From an uncultured Candidatus Rokubacteria bacterium (GTDB lineage: Bacteria; Methylomirabilota; Methylomirabilia; Rokubacteriales; CSP1-6), in contig CAVYTA010000006.1 of assembly GCA_963771355.1 (NCBI GenBank), positions 1,952,001 to 2,016,000 on the forward strand: a stretch of DNA of 64,000 nt. The letters are read 5' to 3'. The position numbers and the translations under genes were made by a program. Below, one piece after another: positions 9,935 through 18,920 of this stretch (positions are counted from its first letter, which is position 1; each line of letters begins with the position of its first letter). Under the pieces are notes generated by a model, which did not search any database, was not told where the DNA came from, and saw nothing but the letters and a program-made list of their open reading frames with translations.

Positions 9935-11148
9935 TACGGCAGATTGATGCGGGCGCCCGGCGCCGCGAACTCCCTCGGCCACACCACCAGCCACTTCCCG
10001 TCCTGCACCTGGCGCATCTTCGAGAGGTCGTCGCCGTAGTTGTTGGGGCCGTCGAAGCGCAGCTTGCCTTCCACGGTATCGACCCGGTTCTTCCGCAGCC
10101 ACTGGGCCAGGACCTTGTCGTCGAGGCTCTTGGTGGCGGCGATGGCTGCCTCGAGGACCTGCCACGCGGCGAAGGACCCGGCGGCCTGGGTGTCCACCGC
10201 CGTGTACGGCAGCCCCGCCTTGGTGGCGCGCTCCTTGAACAGCGGCACCAGCCGCGCGGTGGCGGCGTCATTGGTGAACGGCGGATGCTCCTCGAAGAAG
10301 GTGTTCGACAGCGCGAGCTTGGCTTCCGGCGCGGTGACCATGGGGCCGGGGGCGGGGAAGAGGTGGAAGTGGCGCGGCGGCGAATAGTCGAGCTTCTTGA
10401 GCGCCTCGAGGAGCTGATTGCCGTCGAGCCCCAGCGCGCCCACCCAGAGGAAGTCCGGGTTGGCATCCTTCACCCGCGCGGCGATCGAGCCCCAGTCCCG
10501 CGTGCCGAACTCGTACTCGAGGTAGAGCAGGACTTTCAGTCCGCGCTTCTCGGCCACTTCGCGGGCGCCGTTGGACTGGTACTGGGCGGAGGGAAACTTG
10601 CTGGTGACGATGGCCACCGTCTTGGGCGGGGTCTTGGTGGTGGCCAGGCCGTCGAACACCATGCCGGGGACCGTCTTCTGCGGCTCGGGCCCGAAGGGCG
10701 CGACCGGGAAGTGCATCTCGTAGGTGGCCAGGTGCGGCATGCCGAAGCTGTGGTGGATGATCATCTTCTGGTAGCGCTGGGCCACGCCCATGGCAGCGAG
10801 GATGCCGCTGGTGGCGTAGGGCCCCATGATGAGGTCCACCTTGTCCACGGTGATGAGCTTCTCGTAGAGGCTGCGCGTGACGTCGGGCTTGGACTGATCG
10901 TCGAACAGCACCCACTCCACCGGCCGGCCCAGAAGACCCGTACCCCGATTGAGCTGCTCCACGTAGATCTCGCCCGCGATCTTGTGGATGAGGGCGGTGG
11001 GCGCGAGCGGCCCGGTCAGCGCCAAGGTGCTGCCGATCCGGATCGGCGGGCCCGCGGGCGCCGCCGCGGCCGGCAGCGCCGCGCCGACGAGCGCGAGCGC
11101 GGCCACGAGGGCGGTGAGACGACGCGTCAACCCACGGGTCTTGGGCAT
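9934..11148 (-). CDS. ABC substrate-binding protein (LivJ/Leu-Ile-Val family) with signal peptide
   Basis: Signal peptide, PIRIGSTLALTG, GLLGRPVE..DDQSKP, DLIMGPY; SD GGAGG before ATG 11148. Confidence 0.88.
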   Translation of the reverse strand: MPKTRGLTRRLTALVAALALVGAALPAAAAPAGPPIRIGSTLALTGPLAPTALIHKIAGEIYVEQLNRGTGLLGRPVEWVLFDDQSKPDVTRSLYEKLITVDKVDLIMGPYATSGILAAMGVAQRYQKMIIHHSFGMPHLATYEMHFPVAPFGPEPQKTVPGMVFDGLATTKTPPKTVAIVTSKFPSAQYQSNGAREVAEKRGLKVLLYLEYEFGTRDWGSIAARVKDANPDFLWVGALGLDGNQLLEALKKLDYSPPRHFHLFPAPGPMVTAPEAKLALSNTFFEEHPPFTNDAATARLVPLFKERATKAGLPYTAVDTQAAGSFAAWQVLEAAIAATKSLDDKVLAQWLRKNRVDTVEGKLRFDGPNNYGDDLSKMRQVQDGKWLVVWPREFAAPGARINLP

Positions 11149-11201
11149 GTCGGCCTCCACGGTGAGGAGCGAACGTGAGCTGTCGGTCGCCGAATGCTGC
11201 G

Positions 11202-11231
11202 GACATTACCGACCGCCTCTGGCAATGTCAA
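11202..11231 (-). promoter_or_regulatory. sigma70-type promoter of the Liv operon overlapped by an inverted repeat (putative operator)
   Basis: Minus strand TTGACA-17 nt-TAATGT; IR GACATTACC-N10-GGCAATGTC (8/9 match). Confidence 0.6.
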
Positions 11232-11271
11232 CCGGCCCCGCGGCCCCTGGAAACGGTGGTAATCTCGCCCC

Positions 11272-11565
11272 ATGGCGACGACATTCATTCTCACCTGCCC
11301 CTGCTGCAATGGCCGCCTGACCATCGACCCCACCCTCGAGGCGGTGATCGCCCACGAGGAGGCGCCCCGGCCCCGGTCCGGGCTCGACCTCGGCGGCGCG
11401 CTCTCGACCCTCAAGGGCGCGGCGGCCCGGCGCGAGGAGCTCTTCAAAGAGCAGATGAAAGCCGAGCAGAACAAGGGCAAGATCCTCGACAAGAAGTTCC
11501 AGGAGAGCATCAAGAAGGCCAAGGACATGCCGGACAAGCCAATCAATCCGATGGACATGGACTGA
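11272..11565 (+). CDS. Small conserved-looking hypothetical protein, N-terminal CPCC knuckle plus coiled coil
   Basis: LTCPCCNGRLTIDP followed by charged helical region; high-GC3 codon usage; extended -10 TGGTAATCT 6 nt upstream. Confidence 0.75.
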   Translation: MATTFILTCPCCNGRLTIDPTLEAVIAHEEAPRPRSGLDLGGALSTLKGAAARREELFKEQMKAEQNKGKILDKKFQESIKKAKDMPDKPINPMDMD

Positions 11566-11569
11566 GAGG

Positions 11570-12664
11570 TTGGCCGGTGCAGACCTGACCGGCACCCTCC
11601 TCAAGCGCGTCAGCCGGTCTTTCTACCTCTCCCTGGCGGTGTTGCCGCGGGAGATCCGTTCCACCGTCGGCCTGGCCTATCTCTTCGCCCGCGCCGCCGA
11701 CACCATCGCCGACACGCGGCTGCTTCCGCGCGCGCAGCGGCTCTTGCACCTGGCGGCCTTCCGCGAGGAATTCGACACCCCCGGTCCCGCCCGCCTCGAG
11801 GCCCTGCGGCAAGCCCTGCTGCACGCCCGGCCGCAGGCCGCGCCGAACGACATGGTCGGCGCCACCCGCGCGAGTCAGGCGCCGGAGGCCGAGCGCGCGC
11901 TCCTGGAGCGGCTGCCGGACTGCTTCGCTGCCTATCGCGCGCTCCCGCCCGCCGACGCCGCCCGCGTGCGCCGCGTGCTGGGCATTCTCGTCGAGGGAAT
12001 GCAGGAGGACCTCACCCGCTTTCCGGGCGAGGACGCGAGCGGGCTCGCCGCGCTGGAAACCCGCGCGGAGCTGGACCGCTACACCTATCTCGTGGCCGGT
12101 TGCGTGGGGGAGTTCTGGACCGAGATCCACGTCGCCCATCGGCCCCGGCTCCGCCACTGGGATCCCCCGAAGATGGCGGCGCTCGGGGTGCGCTTCGGCA
12201 AGGGCCTCCAGCTCACCAACGTGCTGCGCGACATTCCGCGCGACCTGCGCCAGGGCCGCTGCTATCTGCCGAGCCGCGACCTGGCGCTCCTGGGGCTCGA
12301 GCCGCGCGATCTCCTCGACCCCGCCGCGGGCCCGGCGCTCCGGCCCCTGCTCGTCGAGCTGCTCAACGTGGCGCTCGACCACTACGAGGCCGGCTGGCAG
12401 TACACCTTCGCCATTCCTCGCGGGGAGACGCGCATGCGCCTGGCCTGCGCCTGGCCGCTCCTCATCGGGCTGCGCACCCTCGACCTCCTCGCGCGCACGC
12501 CCAACTGGCTCGACCCCGCGGTGGTGCTCAAGGTCCCGCGCGTCCGGGTGTACGGCATGCTCGCGCGCTCGCTCGGCACGGTCTGGTCCACGCGCGCGCT
12601 CGGCCGGCAGGCGCGGCGGCTCCGCGCGCGGATCACGCGGGCTCCGGAGGGCTCCGCGCGGTGA
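11570..12664 (+). CDS. Squalene/phytoene synthase family (farnesyl-diphosphate farnesyltransferase-like)
   Basis: LLKRVSRSF, AYLFARAADTIAD, LDRYTYLVAGCVGEF, GKGLQLTNVLRDIPRDLRQGRCYLP. Confidence 0.88.
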   Translation: MAGADLTGTLLKRVSRSFYLSLAVLPREIRSTVGLAYLFARAADTIADTRLLPRAQRLLHLAAFREEFDTPGPARLEALRQALLHARPQAAPNDMVGATRASQAPEAERALLERLPDCFAAYRALPPADAARVRRVLGILVEGMQEDLTRFPGEDASGLAALETRAELDRYTYLVAGCVGEFWTEIHVAHRPRLRHWDPPKMAALGVRFGKGLQLTNVLRDIPRDLRQGRCYLPSRDLALLGLEPRDLLDPAAGPALRPLLVELLNVALDHYEAGWQYTFAIPRGETRMRLACAWPLLIGLRTLDLLARTPNWLDPAVVLKVPRVRVYGMLARSLGTVWSTRALGRQARRLRARITRAPEGSAR

Positions 12665-12696
12665 GTGCCTAGCAGGGCTGCGGCAAAACTCGCCGG

Positions 12697-13908
12697 CTAG
12701 GGCCGGATGGCGCGGTAGGTCTCGGGCGCGTACCGCGCGAACAGCGCCGCCACCGCCACCAGCAGCACGGCCGTCGCGCCCAGCGTGGCCTCGGCGCCGG
12801 CGAGATCGGTGGCGAGCCCCAGCGCCACCGGGCCCACGACATAGCCCAGGTCCGAGAGCATGCGGTAGGTGCTCATGGCGGCCGCGTTCATGCCGGGCGG
12901 CGCCACGTCCGCCGCGTACGAGGCCGGCGCCGCGCCGCCCACGCCCGCGGCCACGCTCCACGCGATACAACCGGCGAGAAACCATGCGTACGTCGGGGCC
13001 AGCAGGAAGAGGACTAGGGAGACGCCGGAGATCACGGTGGCCGGCACGATCACCGTCTTGCGCCCGTAGCGGTCCGCCAGCACGCCGGAGGGATAGGCCA
13101 GCGCGAGCCCCACGATGCTGGCCACCGCCAGGCCGAAGCCGATCCGGTCGGCGGAGAGCCCCAGCCGGTCATGGGCGAGGATCGGGATCACGTTGAAGAG
13201 CCCACCGGTGCGCGCCACCGCCCCCATGAAGCTGGTGAGGCACACGAGCACGAAGCCGACCTGGCCGGTGAGGAGCCGCATCTGGGTGACGAATGGCGGC
13301 AGCGCGGCGGCGGGATCGGAGAGGGGATCGGCGGCGCCGCGCAGGCCGCGCGTCTCCGGGATGCTGAAGAAGGCCAGCGCGGCGGCCACCGTCCCCGCCA
13401 CGGCATAGGCCACGAAGGGCGCGGGCAGGCCGAAGTGCTCGGCAAGGAGGCCGCCCGGCAGCGGGCCCACGCTCACCGCGAAGAGAAACGTGCCCTGGTA
13501 CACCGCCATCACCCGCCCGCGCTCGGCGGGGGCGGTGATGTCGGCAAGGACGATCTGCCCCGTGTTGACCACGAAGGCCGCGCCCGCCCCTGCAATGAAG
13601 CGCGCCAGCACGAAGGTGGCGAAGTCCGGCGCGACGGCGCAGAGGAGATTGCCGGCGGCGGTGATGAGCCCGCCCAGCGCCAGCACGTTGCGTCGGCCGA
13701 GTCGGTCCGCGAGCTGTCCGGCGGGCAGGGCGATGAGGAAGCGCGCGAGGCCGTACACTGCGATGGCGACGCCGATGGCCGACTGGAGGACGTCGAAGGA
13801 GCGGGCGTACAGCGCGATCACCGGCACGATGCTCCCGAAGCCGAGCTGGTTGACCGCGATGAGCGCGCACATCCAAATCAGGATACGATTGCGGCCGGGG
13901 GCGGGCAT
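12697..13908 (-). CDS. MFS transporter
   Basis: About 12 TM segments; motif A GQLADRLGRR and GVLADRYGRK; start at ATG 13908. Confidence 0.88.
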   Translation of the reverse strand: MPAPGRNRILIWMCALIAVNQLGFGSIVPVIALYARSFDVLQSAIGVAIAVYGLARFLIALPAGQLADRLGRRNVLALGGLITAAGNLLCAVAPDFATFVLARFIAGAGAAFVVNTGQIVLADITAPAERGRVMAVYQGTFLFAVSVGPLPGGLLAEHFGLPAPFVAYAVAGTVAAALAFFSIPETRGLRGAADPLSDPAAALPPFVTQMRLLTGQVGFVLVCLTSFMGAVARTGGLFNVIPILAHDRLGLSADRIGFGLAVASIVGLALAYPSGVLADRYGRKTVIVPATVISGVSLVLFLLAPTYAWFLAGCIAWSVAAGVGGAAPASYAADVAPPGMNAAAMSTYRMLSDLGYVVGPVALGLATDLAGAEATLGATAVLLVAVAALFARYAPETYRAIRP

Positions 13909-13941
13909 GACCGCTACCCTGTATGAAGGAAAAAGGAGGCC

Positions 13942-14730
13942 ATGGCAATGGGATACGGCTTCGCGCTCTTCGCCGCCACACCCCCCGAGGTGATTCGCGC
14001 GTCCGCGCGCGAAGCGGAGGCCCTGGGTTACGATTCCTTCTGGGTCAATCACCCGGGCGCCGTCGACGGGCTGGCGTCCCTCGCCGCTGCCGCGAAGGCG
14101 ACAACACGCATCGCGCTGGGCATCGGCGTCATCCCGCTGCACACGCGCGGCCCCGAGAGCATCGTCGAGGGCGTGAAGGCGCAGGCCTTGCCGCTGGATC
14201 GCCTTCTGCTCGGCGTGGGGAGCCCGAATCCCGCGTCCCTCACCCGCGTGCGCGACGGCGTCGCCGCCCTGCGCGCGGGCCTCAAGACGCGTGTCGTGGT
14301 GGCCGCGCTGGGCCCCAAGATGTGTCACCTCGCCGGCGAGGTCGCCGACGGCGTGCTCTTCAACTGGCTGACGCCGGCGTTTGCCCGGCGCGCCGCCGAG
14401 TGGGTGCGCGCGGGCGCCACCGCGGCGGGGCGCAAGCCTCCCACCCTCTACGCGTATGTGCGGGTCGCGCTGGGCCCCGCCGCCATCGAGCGGCTCGGAG
14501 AGGAAGGCGCCCGCTACGCCGGCATTCCCGCCTACGCCGCCCACTTCGAGCGCATGGGCGTGAAGCCGGTGGACACGTGTATCGCCGCGATGACGCCGGA
14601 CGCCATTCCCCGGGCGCTGGAGGCCTGGAAGGGCGCGGTGGACGAGGTGGTGCTCCGCGCCATCACCGCGAAGGACACCGTGGAGGAAAACCTCGCGCTG
14701 GTGCGCGCGGCGATGGCGAAGCAGTCGTGA
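13942..14730 (+). CDS. LLM-class flavin/F420-dependent oxidoreductase (short, Mer-like)
   Basis: AREAEALGYDSFWVN, VAALGPKMCHLAGEVADGVLFNW; SD AGGAGG. Confidence 0.85.
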   Translation: MAMGYGFALFAATPPEVIRASAREAEALGYDSFWVNHPGAVDGLASLAAAAKATTRIALGIGVIPLHTRGPESIVEGVKAQALPLDRLLLGVGSPNPASLTRVRDGVAALRAGLKTRVVVAALGPKMCHLAGEVADGVLFNWLTPAFARRAAEWVRAGATAAGRKPPTLYAYVRVALGPAAIERLGEEGARYAGIPAYAAHFERMGVKPVDTCIAAMTPDAIPRALEAWKGAVDEVVLRAITAKDTVEENLALVRAAMAKQS

Positions 14731-14755
14731 AGGACGGCCGCATTCACCAGGCGCC

Positions 14756-15652
14756 GTGAGCCGGACCGTCCCCTTCGTCCAGGCGGACATCTTCACCACG
14801 CGCCCCTTCGCGGGAAATCCCGCCGGCGCCATCCTCGACGCCGACGGCCTCACGGAGGGGGAGATGCGCGCGCTCGCGGTGGAGCTGCGGCTCCCCGGCC
14901 TGGCTTTCGTCACCCGCCCCACGGGGCCGGGGGCGGAGTTCCGCCTCCGCTTTCTCACGCCCGCCCGTGAGGTGACCTACTCCGGGCACACCACGCTGGG
15001 CGCCGTCCATACCCTGCTGGAAGCCGGCCGCATCCAGCCGGGCGCCACGCGCTTCGAGACGGGAGCGGGGATCGTGGCGGTGACGGTGGAGACGGCCGGG
15101 GACGACACCGTGATGTGGCTGGCGCCGCCGCTGGCGCCTCTTCGCCCGCCCGCGGCGCCGCTCGAGCCCCTGCTGTCCGCGCTCGGGCTCGCGCGCGAGG
15201 ACCTGGGCGCCTGGGCCGCGCCCGCGGTCACCGGCGACACGGATCTGCTCCTCCCCATCGCGGGCCTGGGCCCGCTGCGCGCGCTCCGTCCCGACCTGCC
15301 GACCCTCGGGGCCGTGGCGGAGGCGCGGGGCCTGCGCGGCACCTGCGTGGTTTCTCGCGAGACGGTGGAGCCGGGCTCGGGCACGCACTGCCGCGTCTTC
15401 GTCCCGCATTTCGGCGTGCCCGAGGACATCGTGACCGGCTCGGTGCATTCGCCGATGGGGCTCTGGCTCGCGGAGGCGGGGGCCCTCCTCCTCGCCGCGG
15501 GGCGGGCCGCCTTCACCGCGGAGCAAGGCGACACGCTGGGACGGCCGGGGCGCCTGCGTGTGGAGGTAGAGGGAGCCGGCGGCGCGGCGCCGCAGGTCCG
15601 GGTGGGCGGCTCCGCGGTCACCGTGCTGAGCGGAAGCCTCCGCCTGCCCTGA
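14756..15652 (+). CDS. PhzF-family isomerase/epimerase
   Basis: QADIFTTRPFAGNPAGA, LRFLTPAREV, GHTTLG, EDIVTGS, EQGDTLGRPG. Confidence 0.88.
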   Translation: MSRTVPFVQADIFTTRPFAGNPAGAILDADGLTEGEMRALAVELRLPGLAFVTRPTGPGAEFRLRFLTPAREVTYSGHTTLGAVHTLLEAGRIQPGATRFETGAGIVAVTVETAGDDTVMWLAPPLAPLRPPAAPLEPLLSALGLAREDLGAWAAPAVTGDTDLLLPIAGLGPLRALRPDLPTLGAVAEARGLRGTCVVSRETVEPGSGTHCRVFVPHFGVPEDIVTGSVHSPMGLWLAEAGALLLAAGRAAFTAEQGDTLGRPGRLRVEVEGAGGAAPQVRVGGSAVTVLSGSLRLP

Positions 15653-15663
15653 CGTCGCGCCGA

Positions 15664-16548
15664 CTAGTCCGGGGCCGGCAGCCCCAGCAAGGCCGCGGGA
15701 TCCACACGCGCGCGCTTGAGCTGCACCTGGAAGTGCAGATGCGGACCGGTGGCGCGGCCGGTGGAACCCACCCCCCCGAGCGTCTCGCCGCGCGCGATCA
15801 CGCTGCCTTCGGCCACGTCCACGCGGTCGAGGTGCATGTAGAGCGTGTACAGCCCGAGCCCGTGGTCGAGCATCACCAGCCGGCCCCCGAAGAAGAAGTC
15901 GCCCACCAGGACCACGCGCCCGCGATTGCTCGCCACCACCGGTGTGCCGCGCTCCGCCGCCCAGTCGGTGCCGGCATGCGGCCGGCGCGGCTGCCCATTG
16001 ATGATGCGGCGGGAGCCGAAGCCCGACCCCGCGCTCTCCACCGCGAGCGGCATGGTGAAGCGGCCCTGCCAGAGGCGCTCCGGCGTGACGGTGTCGTAGA
16101 GCGTACGGAGCCGGACCGCCTCCGCCTCGGCACGCCGCTCCGTCTCGGGGTCGAGGTCCACCATCGGGGTGGGCAGGGTGAGCCGCTGCACGGGGAACGC
16201 GCGAGCCCGCACGGTGAGGGACCCGTTCAGCGTGCGCGCGGTGCCGTCCGCCCCGATCACGCCCACGCGCCAGGGCTGCTTCCCCGCGCGCGTCTCGAGG
16301 TCGATGCCCGCGACCGCGGCCCAGCCCTCGCCGTAGGGGAAGAAGACCAGCGGCAGGCCGCCCAGGCTTCCGTCGACCTCGCGCGCCCCCTGGGCGCCGG
16401 AGACGTGCACGAGCGCCATGTCGCCCTGGCGGGGGGACGGCGGGGTCACGGAAACCGCCAGGGACGCGGGACGGGACGCCGGCTCCGCTGACGCGGGCCA
16501 GGGGGCGAGGAGCAACAGGATGAGGGAGAGGACGGCGCGCGAGGCCAC
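15664..16548 (-). CDS. Secreted M23 metallopeptidase
   Basis: Signal peptide; HAGTD, DHGLGLYTLYMHL, GSTGRATGPHLHF; GTG 16548 lies 6 nt after TACAAT. Confidence 0.88.
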   Translation of the reverse strand: MASRAVLSLILLLLAPWPASAEPASRPASLAVSVTPPSPRQGDMALVHVSGAQGAREVDGSLGGLPLVFFPYGEGWAAVAGIDLETRAGKQPWRVGVIGADGTARTLNGSLTVRARAFPVQRLTLPTPMVDLDPETERRAEAEAVRLRTLYDTVTPERLWQGRFTMPLAVESAGSGFGSRRIINGQPRRPHAGTDWAAERGTPVVASNRGRVVLVGDFFFGGRLVMLDHGLGLYTLYMHLDRVDVAEGSVIARGETLGGVGSTGRATGPHLHFQVQLKRARVDPAALLGLPAPD

Positions 16549-16592
16549 CGGATGATTGTACGTGCGGGCGCCGGCGGAGGCGCGGAGCGCGA

Positions 16593-17495
16593 TCAGGACG
16601 GGTCGGGGCGCTGCTGGCGCAGGAACTGCTCGATCTCGGCCACGAGGTCGCCGGAGGGCGGCAGCTCGTCGCGCGTCTCCGGTGCGGCCGGCGGCTCCTC
16701 GTCGCCCTCCTCCGGCTTCTTCCGCTCGAGCTTCTTGATGTACTCCGCGATCTTCGCGTTCTGCGAGACGATCTCCTCGAGGTTCTGCTCGAACTGCTTG
16801 GTCGACTCCTCGAGGTCCGAGAGATCCGCCTCGGTGTTGAGGAGCGAGAGCACGCGCCGCACCAGCGCCATGGAGGCCTTGGGGTTCTCGATGCCGGAGA
16901 TGTAGTGCGGCACGTTCGCCCACAGGCTCGCGGTGGGCACGTCCTGTTCGCGGCACAGCGTGTTGAGCACGCCCACGATGCCGGTGGGCCCCTCGTAACG
17001 GGTGGGCCGGATGCCCAGGCGGGCGGCGAGCTCGGGGTCGAAGGCGCTCCCCACCAGCCGAACCGGACGCGTGTGCGATACCTCGGCGAGCAGCGCCCCC
17101 AGCGTGAGGACCAGCGACGCGCCGGAGCGGCGGGCCAGCTCGAGGAGCGCGCCGCAGTACGTGCGCCACTTGAGGTGGGGCTCCACCGCCACGCCCACGA
17201 TGATGTCGCGGTCCAGCGAGTCCGGCTGCGCGAGCGAGAACTCGGTGGACGGCCAGATCACTTCCCGCTCGGTGCGCGAGCCCGCCTTGAAGCGGACGTA
17301 AGGACGGGAGAGCCCGAAGTGGTAGAACTCCTCGGGATCGATGCTGGCGAACGGGCGCGAGGGCCACAGCTGCCCGAGATAGCGCGCGGCACCCGTCGCG
17401 GATTCCGCCGCATCGTTCCAGCCCGCGAAGGCCAGGATGAGGATGGGCCGTCGCAACCCGGCCGGTTCTTCGTGTATCGTCAGCGCGTCGGTCAC
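16593..17495 (-). CDS. PAC2 family protein (proteasome assembly chaperone-like)
   Basis: AFAGWNDAAESATGA, IDPEEFY, EPHLKWRTY, LGALLAEVSHTRP, YEGPTGIVGV, WANVPHY. Confidence 0.85.
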   Translation of the reverse strand: MTDALTIHEEPAGLRRPILILAFAGWNDAAESATGAARYLGQLWPSRPFASIDPEEFYHFGLSRPYVRFKAGSRTEREVIWPSTEFSLAQPDSLDRDIIVGVAVEPHLKWRTYCGALLELARRSGASLVLTLGALLAEVSHTRPVRLVGSAFDPELAARLGIRPTRYEGPTGIVGVLNTLCREQDVPTASLWANVPHYISGIENPKASMALVRRVLSLLNTEADLSDLEESTKQFEQNLEEIVSQNAKIAEYIKKLERKKPEEGDEEPPAAPETRDELPPSGDLVAEIEQFLRQQRPDPS

Positions 17496-17612
17496 GTTGG
17501 CAGGTTGTCCCTTCGGGTCGCGAGCCGCCTTCCTCGTCGAGGATGCCCGAGAAGGGGGAGACCCGCAAGGATAAAAGCGCGTGGGCGGGCGGCCGAGCGC
17601 GCCCGCATTCAG

Positions 17613-17642
17613 TTGACGCCCTCCAGGCGCGCTCGGTATCAT
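17613..17642 (+). promoter_or_regulatory. sigma70-type promoter
   Basis: TTGACG-18 nt-TATCAT upstream of the lipoprotein gene. Confidence 0.55.
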
Positions 17643-17689
17643 ACGCTGGCAGTGGCATCGCCACCCGAGCAGTCCCACAGGAGGCTGTG

Positions 17690-17953
17690 ATGAATTGCGC
17701 TCGCATCGTCAGGTCGGCTCTCGTCGTCGCCGTACTCGCCGTCACCGGCGGCTGCGCCAGCTCCGAGCAGTGGGCGGAGTGGCGGTCTCACAATACCCAC
17801 TTCGCGTCGGATCGGCACATGGGGTTCTCGATGCGCAACAACATGGAGGGCAACAATCCGAAGGTCACGCGCGCGGACATGGACCTGGCGCCGCGCGAGA
17901 ACTGGTGGGGCAAGGTGATTACCGTTCGGCCCGACCAGATCTTTGAGAACTAG
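17690..17953 (+). CDS. Small hypothetical lipoprotein
   Basis: SD AGGAGG; lipobox-like VTGG-C after a hydrophobic stretch; 87 aa. Confidence 0.75.
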   Translation: MNCARIVRSALVVAVLAVTGGCASSEQWAEWRSHNTHFASDRHMGFSMRNNMEGNNPKVTRADMDLAPRENWWGKVITVRPDQIFEN

Positions 17954-17968
17954 GCGATAGCGGGCCTC

Positions 17969-18679
17969 ATGGCTCGCTGGGTGGCGGTTGCCCTCTTCGC
18001 GGTGGCGGTGGGCGTGGCGACCGCCCCCGCTCCCGCGGCATCGCAGCCTCCGGTGGAGGCGGTGAGCGAGAAGCTCATCCCGCTGGAGCGCTACTCGACG
18101 CCCAAGGGCCAGGCCCTGGCCCGCGCGCATCAGCTCCGCCTGTACAAGTTCTCCGAGCACATCTGGGGATGTCTCCCGTGGCTCGACGTCCAGAAGCAGA
18201 GCATCGGCTTCCAGCGCCCCAAGGGCGCGCCCGGCGACGACCGCTACTTCTCCACGTGGATCCTCATTCCCCAGGCGGAAAATCCGCAGTTCGCCGCGCA
18301 GCCCCAGACCCGGCGGATGTCGGCGATGTTCTCCCGCTACGGCGTGGATCTGCTCCGCCGCATGGCGAGCGTCCACGACGTGCTGGCGGACAGCAACGTG
18401 CACGGCTTCTCGGTGGTCCTGAGCTGGCTCAAGCCGGGGACGTCACGGCCGGGTGCCCAGCCCGTGAACGAGAGCCTGGCCGCCTTCATCGACAAGACCA
18501 CCGGCCTCGACTACCTCGAGCGGCGGATTCCCCACGCGGACTTCGCTCGGCGCATGCGGGTGGTGGGCTTCGACGGCCAGACCGACCTCGGCCCCCAGGT
18601 GCTGGAACTCTGGGACGACGACTTCGCCGCCACCTTCAAGCTGCCGAACTACGAGCCTCCCGCCGGCGTCACCTGCTGA
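17969..18679 (+). CDS. Hypothetical secreted protein
   Basis: N-terminal signal peptide, coding-like codon bias, no recognised motif. Confidence 0.7.
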   Translation: MARWVAVALFAVAVGVATAPAPAASQPPVEAVSEKLIPLERYSTPKGQALARAHQLRLYKFSEHIWGCLPWLDVQKQSIGFQRPKGAPGDDRYFSTWILIPQAENPQFAAQPQTRRMSAMFSRYGVDLLRRMASVHDVLADSNVHGFSVVLSWLKPGTSRPGAQPVNESLAAFIDKTTGLDYLERRIPHADFARRMRVVGFDGQTDLGPQVLELWDDDFAATFKLPNYEPPAGVTC

Positions 18680-18861
18680 CGCCGGCGCCCGGCTCGTCGC
18701 CCGACTCCCCCGCGCCTACCGCCCCTCCACGAGCATGAGCGGGGTCGTCGCCAGGGGGCCCCCGGGTGTGCCCATCACCGCCAGCCAGCGGGCACGATGG
18801 GCGGTCCTTTCCGGCGAAGGCGAGTTCATGGGCTCCGTCTATACTACGAAGAGGGCGTGGT

Positions 18862-18890
18862 TTGACAGTCCCCGGAGGTTCCGCTAGCAT
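18862..18890 (+). promoter_or_regulatory. sigma70-type promoter of the ftsH-degQ operon
   Basis: TTGACA-17 nt-TAGCAT. Confidence 0.7.
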
Positions 18891-18920
18891 GACGTGCAAG
18901 TGCGCCACTGGCTAGGGAAA

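Noticed and set aside
9087..10466. N-terminal ~460 aa of the 1057-aa ORF 7293-10466
   Set aside because: Arg/Pro-rich shadow frame over livH and the SBP gene; the real LivM-LivG fusion starts at 9086.
14756..15652. Phenazine biosynthesis cluster
   Set aside because: Lone PhzF-family gene with no phzA/B/D/E/G.
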